From a virus: DNA of 64,000 nucleotides. Each line of letters opens with the position of its first letter. Position 1 is the first letter of the stretch. The stretch covers positions 1 through 64,000 of IMG/VR virus record IMGVR_UViG_3300025168_013179; one strand, 5' to 3'. The position numbers and the translations under genes are program-made. The notes below the pieces were generated by a model. The model made no database searches. It worked only from the letters and a program-made list of their open reading frames with translations, and was not told the origin of the DNA. Of the stretch, positions 1 through 9,527 are shown piece by piece.

Positions 1-329
1 ATATCATCATGATACTTTCCTACTCCGCCGTCAAAATGCTGTGATAGTGGAAAGCATTCCACTGAATGAGATGCAGGTACTTCGTATGCCGAAGCTACAT
101 TAAGGTCGATACTTGCAGACCATAAGCTAGAGTGGGTAGTTCCTATTTTACTATTAACTACGTTAGCAATTTCAGTATCTTTAAAATGTATTACTGTTCT
201 AGTTGTTTGACCAACTTCCTGTATAGGGTAAGCACCTATCTCTATCATTTCATCGTACCCTGAATTACCGGAAGGTACTTCTGTAAATAAGAATGAATCT
301 TTATCGGGAAATATTTTATATACTGCCAT
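1..329 (-). CDS. Virion/baseplate-associated structural protein, N-terminal part (runs off window)
   Basis: ATG at 329 directly after baseplate wedge stop; reads MAVYKIFPDKDSFLFTEVPSGNSGYDEMIEIG..., open to window edge; not in ORF track. Confidence 0.6.
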   Translation of the reverse strand, partial: MAVYKIFPDKDSFLFTEVPSGNSGYDEMIEIGAYPIQEVGQTTRTVIHFKDTEIANVVNSKIGTTHSSLWSASIDLNVASAYEVPASHSVECFPLSQHFDGGVGKYHDD

Positions 330-332
330 GTC

Positions 333-2141
333 TTATATTATTGATCTACCTTTAATATCTTCGTTAGGAAATTTAACTTCGAATATACAAGGATCTAAAG
401 AAGGATAAACTGTGTTATTCTTAGTAGCTCCTTTTACGTCATACCCGTATGTAGAGTAATTGCCTCCGTTTAGATTAATTATTTCTATTTTTTGTACTGT
501 TTGTACCCCTTTTACTTTGTCTAGCAAAACTGCTATTTCAGATAAGTTTATTGGCTGGTTGATACTTCTTTTGGATATTTTAAAATAATCCTGTAACTCT
601 ACGTTGCAGTTAAAAACTACATCTCTACTAGAGTAATTAGGTCTTATTTTAATATCATAATTTATTCCAATATTTACAACAAAAGCATCTTTTATATTAA
701 TACTATCTGTCACTAACATAAATTCAGCTAAATAGGTTTTAAGGTTTGCTTTTAAGTTACTGGCAGCAGTAATAAGGTTTTGGTTATTATCATAACCTAA
801 TACATAAAGTGATAGCGCTAATGGATTATTATCAACTATACTATCAGTTATATTTGTATTTGTAAGTTGGTCTTGAGCAACATATACTTTTGCTACACTC
901 CCAAACTTACTTGGTAGTGATAAAGCTCTGACTGTATAGTCTTGTAAAGTTACTGCTCTACCTTGTTCGTTGAATGCCCTTAGAGCATTTTCTCTTAGCT
1001 CTTCTACTGTATCTCCATCTCTACCACCTGCTGCTGGATCACTATTATTTATAGTAAAAGTACCGGTTGGTAGTGTATCAATTGCAGTCGTAATAGTGTT
1101 AGCAGGTACGTTAGCTGATATTCCTCCTCCTTTAAGGTATGTAATAGTTAAAGTAGTATTAGATGGTGCTATTCCGTATGATTTACTATAAGTAAAATTA
1201 GTTGGATCATATGTAGTAATAAGAGATCCAGAGCCGTTATAGTTAAGAGACCCTTGATTGGTTACGTTTCCTATAGTAGAAGCGTCAGGTAGTATTACTG
1301 AATCGTCGTCAGATAATGTGCCTGCACCAAATTGTATGTCTAAATTACCATTTGATCTAAACCTCGTAACAAATCTTCTAGGTGCTTTTTTAAGTGCTAA
1401 TACAAAAGGTACTTGATTGGAATCAGAAGAAGTATTTTGTTCATCTAAGAACACTGTGTCTTGACCTAAGAAAGGAACTTCTAAATACTCTTTACCATCT
1501 TCGTCTATTATACTGATTACCTGTACTATATTTTCATCTGATAGAGTAATAGTTTTAAATTTTTCTGCTGATCCTATTACAACCTGTTTGGTTTCTCTTT
1601 TACCAGATATAGCTTTAACTTTCTTAGAGAGAAGATAGCCTGTAGGTTGATTAGAGCCGTCTACTCCGGTGACGGTAATATCGGTAGGATTAAAAGAGCT
1701 ACTGAAGTTAAAATCAACAGCTTCGGGAGAGAAGAATCTAGTTTTAGAGCCATCAGATGATTCATATCTAAAGTTCGCAGGTATAGTTTTAGCTTGAGAA
1801 AAATCAGGTAACCCACCTGTATCGTCTACTGCTTGAGTAATTGTTATATCTACTTCAGATGTTCCTGTGACTTTGGGTCTATACCCCATCATGTAGGCTA
1901 GGTTAAATAAGTTCTTTGGGTCTTTAGCGTGAGTTAAAAATGTTTCTTGTAGCTGTGTATCTTGGTAAAAAGAGAGTACGTCACCTACATAAGAGGCCAT
2001 TTCTATAAACATCATGCCGGGAGAAGTAGGAGAAAAGTCGTTATAAGAGTCAGGAAAGTAATTTTTAGCAAACTCTATAAGTTGACTACGAAAATCGCTA
2101 AACTCTCTACTTACGTATTTTATGTCTCTTGATACTGCCAT
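333..2141 (-). CDS. Baseplate wedge subunit (T4 gp6 / baseplate J-like)
   Basis: N-term 'YNDFSPTSPGMMFIEMASYVGDVLSFYQD' and 'GGRDGDTVEELRENA...RAVTLQDY' typical of gp6/gpJ; next to gp25-like gene. Confidence 0.85.
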   Translation of the reverse strand: MAVSRDIKYVSREFSDFRSQLIEFAKNYFPDSYNDFSPTSPGMMFIEMASYVGDVLSFYQDTQLQETFLTHAKDPKNLFNLAYMMGYRPKVTGTSEVDITITQAVDDTGGLPDFSQAKTIPANFRYESSDGSKTRFFSPEAVDFNFSSSFNPTDITVTGVDGSNQPTGYLLSKKVKAISGKRETKQVVIGSAEKFKTITLSDENIVQVISIIDEDGKEYLEVPFLGQDTVFLDEQNTSSDSNQVPFVLALKKAPRRFVTRFRSNGNLDIQFGAGTLSDDDSVILPDASTIGNVTNQGSLNYNGSGSLITTYDPTNFTYSKSYGIAPSNTTLTITYLKGGGISANVPANTITTAIDTLPTGTFTINNSDPAAGGRDGDTVEELRENALRAFNEQGRAVTLQDYTVRALSLPSKFGSVAKVYVAQDQLTNTNITDSIVDNNPLALSLYVLGYDNNQNLITAASNLKANLKTYLAEFMLVTDSINIKDAFVVNIGINYDIKIRPNYSSRDVVFNCNVELQDYFKISKRSINQPINLSEIAVLLDKVKGVQTVQKIEIINLNGGNYSTYGYDVKGATKNNTVYPSLDPCIFEVKFPNEDIKGRSII

Positions 2142-2548
2142 TATTGTATGTTAATTAAAATTTCGTCTTCTATGTTCTGATCTGCTATTGCATATCTCAG
2201 AAAGAAAGTAATAAGGTTGCTGTCAGGTTCTGATCCTACTTTCATTACTGTTGGTTTAATGTTTGGAAAAAATCTAGTAATACTTGAGGAAATATTTTCT
2301 TTTATATCGTCTAGTTTATCTTGATCTATATTTTCAAAAAGCATTTCTCTTATGCCTCCTCCAAAATTAGGGTTTAAAGGTCTTTCTCCTCTATTAGTGA
2401 GTAGGAAGTTAATTAAGTTTACCTTCAATGCATCTTTGGTTTGAAACGTAGAATTAAAAACAGCTGGTGCAGAGAACGGAATATCAATACCGACTGCTTT
2501 TCTAGGCTGTCTATCTAACGGGTTTATCTTTTTAGTGCTTATAGCCAT
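2141..2548 (-). CDS. Baseplate wedge protein, T4 gp25/gpW-like
   Basis: 'NLINFLLTNRGERPLNPNFGGGIREMLFE' GPW/gp25 signature. Confidence 0.9.
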   Translation of the reverse strand: MAISTKKINPLDRQPRKAVGIDIPFSAPAVFNSTFQTKDALKVNLINFLLTNRGERPLNPNFGGGIREMLFENIDQDKLDDIKENISSSITRFFPNIKPTVMKVGSEPDSNLITFFLRYAIADQNIEDEILINIQ

Positions 2549-2988
2549 TATATTTTAACTTGACCTTTAGCTTTTATTTCGTTTGACTTGTCATATATAG
2601 CTTTTGCTTTATTCACAAAGTCTAATTTACTTATATCTATACCTGGCATTGGTCCTGCGTTTTCACCTAACCCCATATCTCTTGCTACGTTAGAAGCAAA
2701 ATTAGGTTTCTTTACCATAGAAGAATTAGCGTTAATTACGTTTTTATAATCTTCACCTGTCATTTCGTTTTGCGTCATATTAAGCATCTCTTCTAAAGGA
2801 ACTGTGCCTGTATTCATTCTACCTGTAGACCAGGTTCTCTTAAGGTCTTTCTGTTTAACTTGCTTATATTCTTGTGTTGATGGTTTACTTGCTGTCTTAA
2901 CAGCTTCGTTTAACATTTCTTGTAACTCATCCTTTACGGCTGATCTTACCTCTTCGCGGATGATTTTTCTAAGTTGATCTAGTTTCAT
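2548..2988 (-). CDS. Hypothetical late phage protein
   Basis: 146 aa ORF preceded by TATTTAT motif, coupled to gp25-like gene. Confidence 0.6.
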   Translation of the reverse strand: MKLDQLRKIIREEVRSAVKDELQEMLNEAVKTASKPSTQEYKQVKQKDLKRTWSTGRMNTGTVPLEEMLNMTQNEMTGEDYKNVINANSSMVKKPNFASNVARDMGLGENAGPMPGIDISKLDFVNKAKAIYDKSNEIKAKGQVKI

Positions 2989-2992
2989 ATTA

Positions 2993-2999
2993 ATAAATA
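2993..2999 (-). promoter_or_regulatory. TATTTAT putative late promoter
   Basis: CTATTTATTAATATG before baseplate operon. Confidence 0.65.
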
Positions 3000-3005
3000 G
3001 TATGT

Positions 3006-3818
3006 TTATGGAAGTTGATTGTCTATTCTAAATTTTAATTCTTTTATTAGTACTTTTGAGTCGCTAGCAAAAGAAAGAGGTCCTGTAAGAACTGCTATTC
3101 CTCTGTTATCAAAAGCTATTGCTTGTCGTTGTGGTGCTATAGAAGGTGATGTTGGGTTTGTTACTACTTTTATAAGGTATACTCTACCGTTGGTTGATAG
3201 GTAGTTTTCTTCTTCAGCAGTAGATATGTTAGAACCTTCTAGAATTGCTTCTCTTTCTTCTGCTGTTAAATTAGGGTCTGCAGCGCATCTATTAAGTAGC
3301 GTTCTTATTAATTGTATTTTAGCTTGTAAGGGAACAAATATAAGTTCAAAGTTTCTTAACAGCTCTTCTATGTTGTCGATCTCGTTTTCTATGTCTTCTA
3401 AAGTTTCAGTAGCCCATTTAAGTTTAGCAGATTGACTTTGAACTACTCCCTGAGGTAAAGAAAATATTACTCCTCCTGCAGGGCCTGGTGGAATACCTAG
3501 TGTTGTAGGGAGAGGGTTGTGAGATAGTAGATCTATAAGTACCCTTAGTATACTAGTAATGATTTTTAAAGATTTTATAAGTCTGTGTAGCTTACCTGCT
3601 CTTCTATTAGCTGAGGATATTAAAGAATCTACTCTGTCTAATGATTTGTTCATTTTATTTAGCACATCAGCGGGAGGGCACTTCTTTCTTAATTCATCTA
3701 GTATTTCTAATATCTTCTTTTCAGCATACCTTCTAGCTATACCTTCGGCATAAGCAAGAGCAACAGCGGCATATTGTGCTAGGTTTAGTTTAATTGATTT
3801 AAGAAATGAATGAGGCAT
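3006..3818 (-). CDS. Hypothetical structural/baseplate-region protein (helical)
   Basis: 270 aa ORF in baseplate module, translationally coupled. Confidence 0.5.
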   Translation of the reverse strand: MPHSFLKSIKLNLAQYAAVALAYAEGIARRYAEKKILEILDELRKKCPPADVLNKMNKSLDRVDSLISSANRRAGKLHRLIKSLKIITSILRVLIDLLSHNPLPTTLGIPPGPAGGVIFSLPQGVVQSQSAKLKWATETLEDIENEIDNIEELLRNFELIFVPLQAKIQLIRTLLNRCAADPNLTAEEREAILEGSNISTAEEENYLSTNGRVYLIKVVTNPTSPSIAPQRQAIAFDNRGIAVLTGPLSFASDSKVLIKELKFRIDNQLP

Positions 3819-4978
3819 TATTCAGTAAACGTTTTTCTTGATTTTATAGGTGATTGTCCGTTAGGATTAATATAGGTCTGTAAGATATCGGCTGTAAATT
3901 TAAGGCTTACTCCGTATCCATTTAAGTTTGGGATAGCTTTGAAGTCTACTGTTTTAGCAGAACGTAATTTACCCGATAGAGTTTTAAGTTCATCTACTAA
4001 AATCTGCAGGAAATCTTCTAACCTGTGTCCTAAAATTACCGGCTCTGCTGATCCTAGCTGTGTGTCTTTATTCTTAGACCCTGCTCCTAGGTATATCTTT
4101 TTAGCGTCTAGGCTTATATAATCTTTACCGTCTATTCCTACATCTTTAGCAGATGCAGTAAAACTTTCTTTAGAGGATATAATAATGTCGTCTTTCTTTG
4201 AATTAAATACTAGTCTATTAGAATTTAATAATATCTGAGCTCCTTTATATTTATCCGATATTACTGTTTTATCGACGTTTGATTCTAACTTAGTGCTTGA
4301 TTGTTCTAAAGGTACTATATGATCAGAAGTGATATATATACTAGAATCGTCTTTATTTATATCTTCAGCTGTACCTTTAAGTATATCTCCATTAAATGGT
4401 CTCCCGTTAGATATAACTGTATACGGTTTACCGTCGTTAGTACTATCAGTAAGCACGTTTTTAGATCCTTTATAGCCACCTAGTCTTATAGAGTTACCGC
4501 ATCTACCGTCTATAATGTGGTCCCCAGAGTTGGGAAGCAGTATGTTTATATTATCTAGTTCTTCTACACCTTCTCCTAGGTCTGTAGACTGAGCGTCGTT
4601 AGGGGGTGCAGCATTATGATTAGAGGCGTTCCATATCGATATTACTGATGAATAGTATACTTTTAGTTCTGAGTCATCTCTATCTGCAGACTCTCTTGGG
4701 CCTGCGTTTATTACTACTATTTCGTTTTTAAGAGGGTATGTTCTAGCAGTACTGTCTAGAGGGTATGCTATATACAAATTATCAGGATCTTCTGTAAAAT
4801 TATCGTTATCAAATAAATTGTAGCGAATAGCTCCTATAGTATTAGTTACCTTAAAGCTTGGGTGGTTTTCGTCTAATACAATATCATATACTCTACCTAG
4901 TGTAGGTATTTCTGCTCTACCTGAATCTATAGGGTTATATTCTTGTGCTGAGTTAAACCCTAAACCTAAATTAAGCAT
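3818..4978 (-). CDS. Baseplate hub/spike protein (gp5/gpV-like)
   Basis: N-terminal OB-like region, 'GDHIIDGRCGNSIRLG', beta-repeat 'QILLNSNRLVFNSKKDDIIIS', 'EPVILG'; baseplate context. Confidence 0.6.
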   Translation of the reverse strand: MLNLGLGFNSAQEYNPIDSGRAEIPTLGRVYDIVLDENHPSFKVTNTIGAIRYNLFDNDNFTEDPDNLYIAYPLDSTARTYPLKNEIVVINAGPRESADRDDSELKVYYSSVISIWNASNHNAAPPNDAQSTDLGEGVEELDNINILLPNSGDHIIDGRCGNSIRLGGYKGSKNVLTDSTNDGKPYTVISNGRPFNGDILKGTAEDINKDDSSIYITSDHIVPLEQSSTKLESNVDKTVISDKYKGAQILLNSNRLVFNSKKDDIIISSKESFTASAKDVGIDGKDYISLDAKKIYLGAGSKNKDTQLGSAEPVILGHRLEDFLQILVDELKTLSGKLRSAKTVDFKAIPNLNGYGVSLKFTADILQTYINPNGQSPIKSRKTFTE

Positions 4979-5339
4979 CTTGGTCTTCTGATAAATTTTG
5001 TGAGTCGTCTACTTCTTTTTCTAGACGTTCCTGTTCTTCTATAAGATCTTGTAGTTCAGATAAATCGAACTCATCTGTTTCTCCCTTAGCAACTGCTGTT
5101 TCTATCCTCTGTATTACTGTGGCTAATTTAATTAAATGCTCGTCGTTCTTAACTCCTATTTCCATGTATTCTTTTATCATAGGAACAAGCAAAGTAGCAT
5201 CGCCAATGTTTTCTATAAGAGGTTTAAGTTCCCCTATAAGTCCTTTCACTTGACTTTTAGTTTCTTTAGAGTTATCGTATATCTCACCAAAGAGGTCGGA
5301 AAGTGTTTTCCCTTTAAATATTTCTTTGTCTAAGCTCAT
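4971..5339 (-). CDS. Conserved hypothetical phage protein
   Basis: 122 aa ORF with TATTTAT motif upstream. Confidence 0.55.
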   Translation of the reverse strand: MSLDKEIFKGKTLSDLFGEIYDNSKETKSQVKGLIGELKPLIENIGDATLLVPMIKEYMEIGVKNDEHLIKLATVIQRIETAVAKGETDEFDLSELQDLIEEQERLEKEVDDSQNLSEDQDA

Positions 5340-5350
5340 ATTGTTTTATA

Positions 5351-5357
5351 ATAAATA
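5351..5357 (-). promoter_or_regulatory. TATTTAT putative late promoter
   Basis: Upstream of 5339 gene and spike operon. Confidence 0.65.
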
Positions 5358-5359
5358 GC

Positions 5360-6064
5360 CTAGTCAATTTTATTGTGAAGATACCCAAGATCATATAGGT
5401 GCTGATATTTGTTTTTAAAGTCTTCTTTTAGGACTGTTACTACTTTTGTAAGCTTTGGTGTATCGCAATCAGTCATCTCTCTTATGTATATATAAAGTGC
5501 TTTCTTTCTAAATATATCTAAATCGTGTCTGGTTTTAAATACGGTAAGTACGGCGTCTGCTATTTTTTGATCTTCTAACTTAATAAACATTTCTTCTAAG
5601 TTATCGTAACATTCCACTATCCATTCATCTAAGAAGGTCGATAGAGATTTAGCAGCAGGAGAGTCAAGGTCTAATTTTTCTTCATAAGATTCCTCTATGT
5701 CTGCAAAGCTTCCTATCTGTTTAAGCTTCTTATAATTCTTATTATTGTAGTTTATTAGCCACCTTTTTACTATAGTTCCAAAATAAGAGTAGGCTTTTGC
5801 TCCGTTAGTAGGGTCAAACTTCATTATCTTCTCTTCTAAGAGGACAGATACGATTTCGTGCTTTAAGTCTTCTATTTTATCAACATCAGTATAGTAAAAC
5901 TTAAAAGTGTGTATGATGTTTTCGGCTAACTTGTAAAAGGGTAGGTATATATGGTCAGTAAATATCTGGTTTCGGTATTCCTGATCTGTAGATACGTTGT
6001 ATTTTTTTATGTACTCTTCTGTCTCTTTTGTAAAGTAATTAGCTTTCGCTCTCTTCCTTGCCAT
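5360..6064 (-). CDS. Late-transcription sigma factor, T4 gp55-like
   Basis: 'NYFTKETEE' N-term and sigma region-2-like 'KFDPTNGAKAYSYFGTIVKRWLI' resemble the gp55 FDP...AYFT motif. Confidence 0.65.
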   Translation of the reverse strand: MARKRAKANYFTKETEEYIKKYNVSTDQEYRNQIFTDHIYLPFYKLAENIIHTFKFYYTDVDKIEDLKHEIVSVLLEEKIMKFDPTNGAKAYSYFGTIVKRWLINYNNKNYKKLKQIGSFADIEESYEEKLDLDSPAAKSLSTFLDEWIVECYDNLEEMFIKLEDQKIADAVLTVFKTRHDLDIFRKKALYIYIREMTDCDTPKLTKVVTVLKEDFKNKYQHLYDLGYLHNKID

Positions 6065-6359
6065 AGTTTTGGGGGAGCATATAGTCGTTTAGTTGCTCCT
6101 GTACTTCTTTCATTTGGTTAAAAAATTCACCAACTTCATCATCTGACTGAAAGACCCCCTTGTCATCGAGATTTTGTAAGTGTCGCTTTGATTCTCCTAT
6201 AGTGTTAGAGATGTTCTGAAGGTATTTTACTTGATCTTGTGTGATATCTTCGTATTTCTCTACCTTTACTAGTAGGTTTCTTATAATGTATGAAGAAATA
6301 ATCAGTAACGCAACTAATATACCGATTATAACGTAAAATAATGTGAGATTAATGTCCAT
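6039..6359 (-). CDS. Membrane-anchored coiled-coil hypothetical protein
   Basis: N-terminal TM helix followed by coiled coil. Confidence 0.55.
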   Translation of the reverse strand: MDINLTLFYVIIGILVALLIISSYIIRNLLVKVEKYEDITQDQVKYLQNISNTIGESKRHLQNLDDKGVFQSDDEVGEFFNQMKEVQEQLNDYMLPQNYGKEESES

Positions 6360-7094
6360 CTATAGATTTTTAAGCATGTTTTGTAGACCTGGTGAGGAAT
6401 TTACTCGTTTTCCTGTTGAGGCTTGGGTTTTCTTGACTTTTTGAGTGGCTCCACCGGTGTCTTTAAGCCATATATCGTACTCTACCTTGGAGGCCATGAA
6501 GTCTGCCATGTGTAGTACGTATACTATGTTGGTTTTCATCCTAGAATTAGGGTTATGGCTGTAGAAGTAGGCTTCATTAGCTTTATCGAACACTCCATCG
6601 TGGAGTCTAATGCCTAAAAACTCGTTATGGCTTACTTTTATGTCAAACTTCTGGAGTATGTATAGGGAACGGTCTGGGATAAGCATAAAAGGTAGCTCTG
6701 AGTTAAAGGTATACATCTCGTGTAGCTTATCTTGCCTCCATTTATCAGTCTGAGGTATATAGTTATGTGTATCACCATCACCTAGCTTACCTAAGTCGTG
6801 AAATATACCGGCAAACACTAACTCTTCATCACTAAAGTCAATAGTACCTCCCATTTCCTCATAAAGCCTCTTGCATTTAATAGAATACTCTATAACTCTA
6901 TTGACATGGTCAACGTACCCACCGGGAATAGCATTATGATGCCAAGTTTTAGAACTAGCAGGTGCCATAATGTAGGTTTCACCTATGTGTTCTATAAGCT
7001 TCTTTACTTTATCCTTCCTATCACCTATGTAAGTGTCTACTATTTTAAGATGTTTCTCGTAGTTTGTAAGGATTTTATCCGCCGTCAATGTCAT
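6360..7094 (-). CDS. HD-domain phosphohydrolase (YhaM-like)
   Basis: 'APAS...HHNA..GGYVDH', 'FHDLGK', 'LHDG', 'LHMAD' HD motifs. Confidence 0.85.
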   Translation of the reverse strand: MTLTADKILTNYEKHLKIVDTYIGDRKDKVKKLIEHIGETYIMAPASSKTWHHNAIPGGYVDHVNRVIEYSIKCKRLYEEMGGTIDFSDEELVFAGIFHDLGKLGDGDTHNYIPQTDKWRQDKLHEMYTFNSELPFMLIPDRSLYILQKFDIKVSHNEFLGIRLHDGVFDKANEAYFYSHNPNSRMKTNIVYVLHMADFMASKVEYDIWLKDTGGATQKVKKTQASTGKRVNSSPGLQNMLKNL

Positions 7095-7180
7095 ATTAGA
7101 TTAATTACTATTATTATTATTATATACTATTATCATTAATATTACTATATACTTTAATACTTATATTTTTAATATATAAT

Positions 7181-7212
7181 TAAGATAATGTTTTTAGAGC
7201 AGAATGGCAACT
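7181..7212 (-). promoter_or_regulatory. Host-RNAP-type promoter (AGTTG-N17-CATTATCTTA)
   Basis: Matches the recurrent 32-bp promoter consensus; upstream of HD gene. Confidence 0.55.
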
Positions 7213-7717
7213 ATTTCAACATAATCTTTTGAAAATATTTTTTATTCTGGGTATTCTCACCTGCTTCCCACCAAACATCTACCTGTAAATTAAGAGTCTT
7301 ACCTGATTGACTAGCTCTAACTCCTATTATCTGAGTTATTATAACCCTGTCACCCTCTAATCTACCGAAAGTCTCCCTATCCGCCGAGTTAATCTCATCA
7401 AAAGTATACGGAGTCTGTACAAAGTACGTTAAATCCCCGGACCAATAAGCAGAGACTACCGGAACTCCGTTATACCTCCACTCTTGTGACGTAGGACTAG
7501 CATGAACCTCTACCGTAAAGTACTGTATCTTCGAGCTACCCTCATCAATATCAAAGGTATACGTACTATTCTCCACTATAGGCTTTATAACAGCAGTGCA
7601 GTCACCGCCTAAACAAACGGGTGCAATGGAGCTTTCGGGGGAGCACGATAAAAAAAGCGCGAAGCCCGCCGCGCAAAACGCGCGAAGTTGCCACGAAAAA
7701 TTATACATACAGATCAC
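7211..7717 (-). CDS. Putative lipoprotein
   Basis: Hydrophobic signal ending 'LFLSC' (lipobox). Confidence 0.55.
   Translation of the reverse strand: MICMYNFSWQLRAFCAAGFALFLSCSPESSIAPVCLGGDCTAVIKPIVENSTYTFDIDEGSSKIQYFTVEVHASPTSQEWRYNGVPVVSAYWSGDLTYFVQTPYTFDEINSADRETFGRLEGDRVIITQIIGVRASQSGKTLNLQVDVWWEAGENTQNKKYFQKIMLK
7657..7700 (+). repeat. Degenerate inverted copy of GC-rich GAA-hairpin element
   Basis: gcgcgaagc...cgcgcgaagttgccacg matches the GAAGT(C/T)GCCACG core of the three full copies, in opposite orientation. Confidence 0.5.
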
Positions 7718-7976
7718 TTGACGTTATTTCCCTATTCATAGCTCTTCCGAACGTCCCTAACATACTAGTACTGCCATGCTCTATGTAGACCTCTTTTAAT
7801 ATATCCAGTACCTCTCTTTCAGTATATGTGTGTGTTAGGAGGCTGGGTTTCTTATAGTACGTTATCGAATCCCATTTATTGGTAGAATCTGGAATACATG
7901 TGAAGTGTGTGGCATCGGGATGGTCCCCAGTGACTTTGATTAAACCTTTAACTTGATCTTTATTTACCTTTATCAT
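7701..7976 (-). CDS. Hypothetical protein
   Basis: 91 aa ORF in early operon. Confidence 0.5.
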   Translation of the reverse strand: MIKVNKDQVKGLIKVTGDHPDATHFTCIPDSTNKWDSITYYKKPSLLTHTYTEREVLDILKEVYIEHGSTSMLGTFGRAMNREITSSDLYV

Positions 7977-7978
7977 AA

Positions 7979-8119
7979 CTATTTAGTTTTAGTAACCGTT
8001 ACTCTATCAGCACCAAACAACTCTATAGCTTGATTCTTTCTCTTATACATCTCTACATAGCTAATAGACTTGAATATAGTCTCTGTCCAACCTTCGTTGT
8101 TTACTTTTAAATACATCAT
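7979..8119 (-). CDS. Small hypothetical protein (46 aa)
   Basis: MMYLKVNNEGWTETIFKS...; preceded by AAAGGTTATG leader and consensus promoter; not in ORF track. Confidence 0.6.
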   Translation of the reverse strand: MMYLKVNNEGWTETIFKSISYVEMYKRKNQAIELFGADRVTVTKTK

Positions 8120-8143
8120 AACCTTTATTTTTTTATTATACCT

Positions 8144-8175
8144 TAAGATAAGAAAAATAACTCGTTAAAGCAACT
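8144..8175 (-). promoter_or_regulatory. Early promoter AGTTG-N17-TCTTATCTTA
   Basis: Recurrent consensus. Confidence 0.7.
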
Positions 8176-8617
8176 GTTTTCTTGAATACTTTTGTCTATA
8201 AGCTACTTCATATGTGAAATCTATTACCCGCTTTATAACAGCACACTTTTCATACTTCTCTAATTCTTCGAAATATGCTCTTAATATATCTAAACCTAAT
8301 ACTATATTCTCTAGATCATAATCTTCTCCTATTCTATATACCATACCATCTATATTATCTACATCTAACCTTTCTAGATACAGATAAATTTTATTAAAGT
8401 ATTTATATTGAACATTAAGCCTTACATTCTTATACGCCTTGCCATGGTTCTTAGTATACATCATATCCATTATATTGTAGTTCTCTACAGCTCTGGAAAC
8501 CATATTAAGGACAACATACGGGTTCTTTAGAGTATCTTCTACTCCATGCTCTTTATATACCTCTTCATCTCCTTGTTCAAAGAGTGAAAATAGTGTATGT
8601 GGATCTAGTTTATTCAA
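8165..8617 (-). CDS. Hypothetical protein with UVR-like C-terminal motif
   Basis: 'YFEELEKYEKCAVIK'. Confidence 0.55.
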   Translation of the reverse strand: MNKLDPHTLFSLFEQGDEEVYKEHGVEDTLKNPYVVLNMVSRAVENYNIMDMMYTKNHGKAYKNVRLNVQYKYFNKIYLYLERLDVDNIDGMVYRIGEDYDLENIVLGLDILRAYFEELEKYEKCAVIKRVIDFTYEVAYRQKYSRKQLL

Positions 8618-8642
8618 GTTTTAGTTCGTATATTGTATATAT

Positions 8643-8658
8643 ATAAATAGATATTTAT
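8643..8658. promoter_or_regulatory. Back-to-back TATTTAT motifs serving divergent genes
   Basis: ataaata 8643-8649 (minus gene 8617) and tatttat 8652-8658 (plus gene 8671). Confidence 0.65.
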
Positions 8659-8670
8659 TATAAAGTCGTT

Positions 8671-9330
8671 ATGAAAAAACGTATAGTAAGCTTTGGATGT
8701 TCTTTTGTAAGAGGAAGCCATGACCAAGAAAACCCTAAAAGATCTAATATAGGTGATACTCCAACCAACCCAAAGCAACAGTACCATATAACTACATCCG
8801 GGTATAATAGTGGACGAGAAACATGCTTTACCTCTGAGCTAGGTGAACTAGTAGAGACTAGTACTAATAATCTAGGTATAGGAGGAAGCGGTATAAGATC
8901 TGCTGTATATAAAGCTTTAGATTATGTTGAGAACGATAAAAACGCTCTTAATAGTTATATCATTATAGGTATTAGTGAATTAAGCAGGTTTGACTTTATA
9001 AGACCTAGTATCGAAATGAAATGGCCTAAACTACAACCGCTAGATTATGCTAAATACTACGATAAACAAGATGTTGAATTTGAAATAAAGATGCTTTTAA
9101 AGCTTACATATGGGTATTTTAAAGAAATCAACATACCTATTCTGTTTATTAACACTATGAACGTAGATATAAGTACGAAAGATATAGTTCCTACCTTTAT
9201 ATTCCCTGATGGTAGTGAATACTGGAGAAGATACCTGACAGAAGCGGATTCTACCTACACTTATGAACATCCTAATGTAGCAGACCACAAACATCTGGCT
9301 AAATTACTAGCAGATAAGTTGGAATTCTGA
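8671..9330 (+). CDS. SGNH/GDSL-like hydrolase or acyltransferase
   Basis: 'SFGCSF', 'NLGIGGSG', C-terminal 'EHPN..H..LA'. Confidence 0.65.
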   Translation: MKKRIVSFGCSFVRGSHDQENPKRSNIGDTPTNPKQQYHITTSGYNSGRETCFTSELGELVETSTNNLGIGGSGIRSAVYKALDYVENDKNALNSYIIIGISELSRFDFIRPSIEMKWPKLQPLDYAKYYDKQDVEFEIKMLLKLTYGYFKEINIPILFINTMNVDISTKDIVPTFIFPDGSEYWRRYLTEADSTYTYEHPNVADHKHLAKLLADKLEF

Positions 9331-9348
9331 TGTATTATTCGTATATTG
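9317..9348 (+). promoter_or_regulatory. Early promoter AGTTG-N17-TCGTATATTG (plus strand)
   Basis: Consensus on plus strand, followed by AAATAAAGGTTATG. Confidence 0.7.
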
Positions 9349-9371
9349 TAGTATAAATATAAATAAAGGTT

Positions 9372-9527
9372 ATGGACGATTTTAAAATTACTGGATTAGG
9401 TGATGGTTTCCTTATAGGATTCTCATATTTCCCAAAAGATGAAAGAGCTGAAGGCTTCGAAGACGAAGATTGGACTGAAGTTAACATGTATCTTGGTTTA
9501 TTTAAGCTTACATGGAGGTATTTCTAG
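9372..9527 (+). CDS. Small hypothetical protein (51 aa)
   Basis: MDDFKITGLGDGFLIGFSYFPKDE...WRYF; consensus leader; not in ORF track. Confidence 0.65.
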   Translation: MDDFKITGLGDGFLIGFSYFPKDERAEGFEDEDWTEVNMYLGLFKLTWRYF

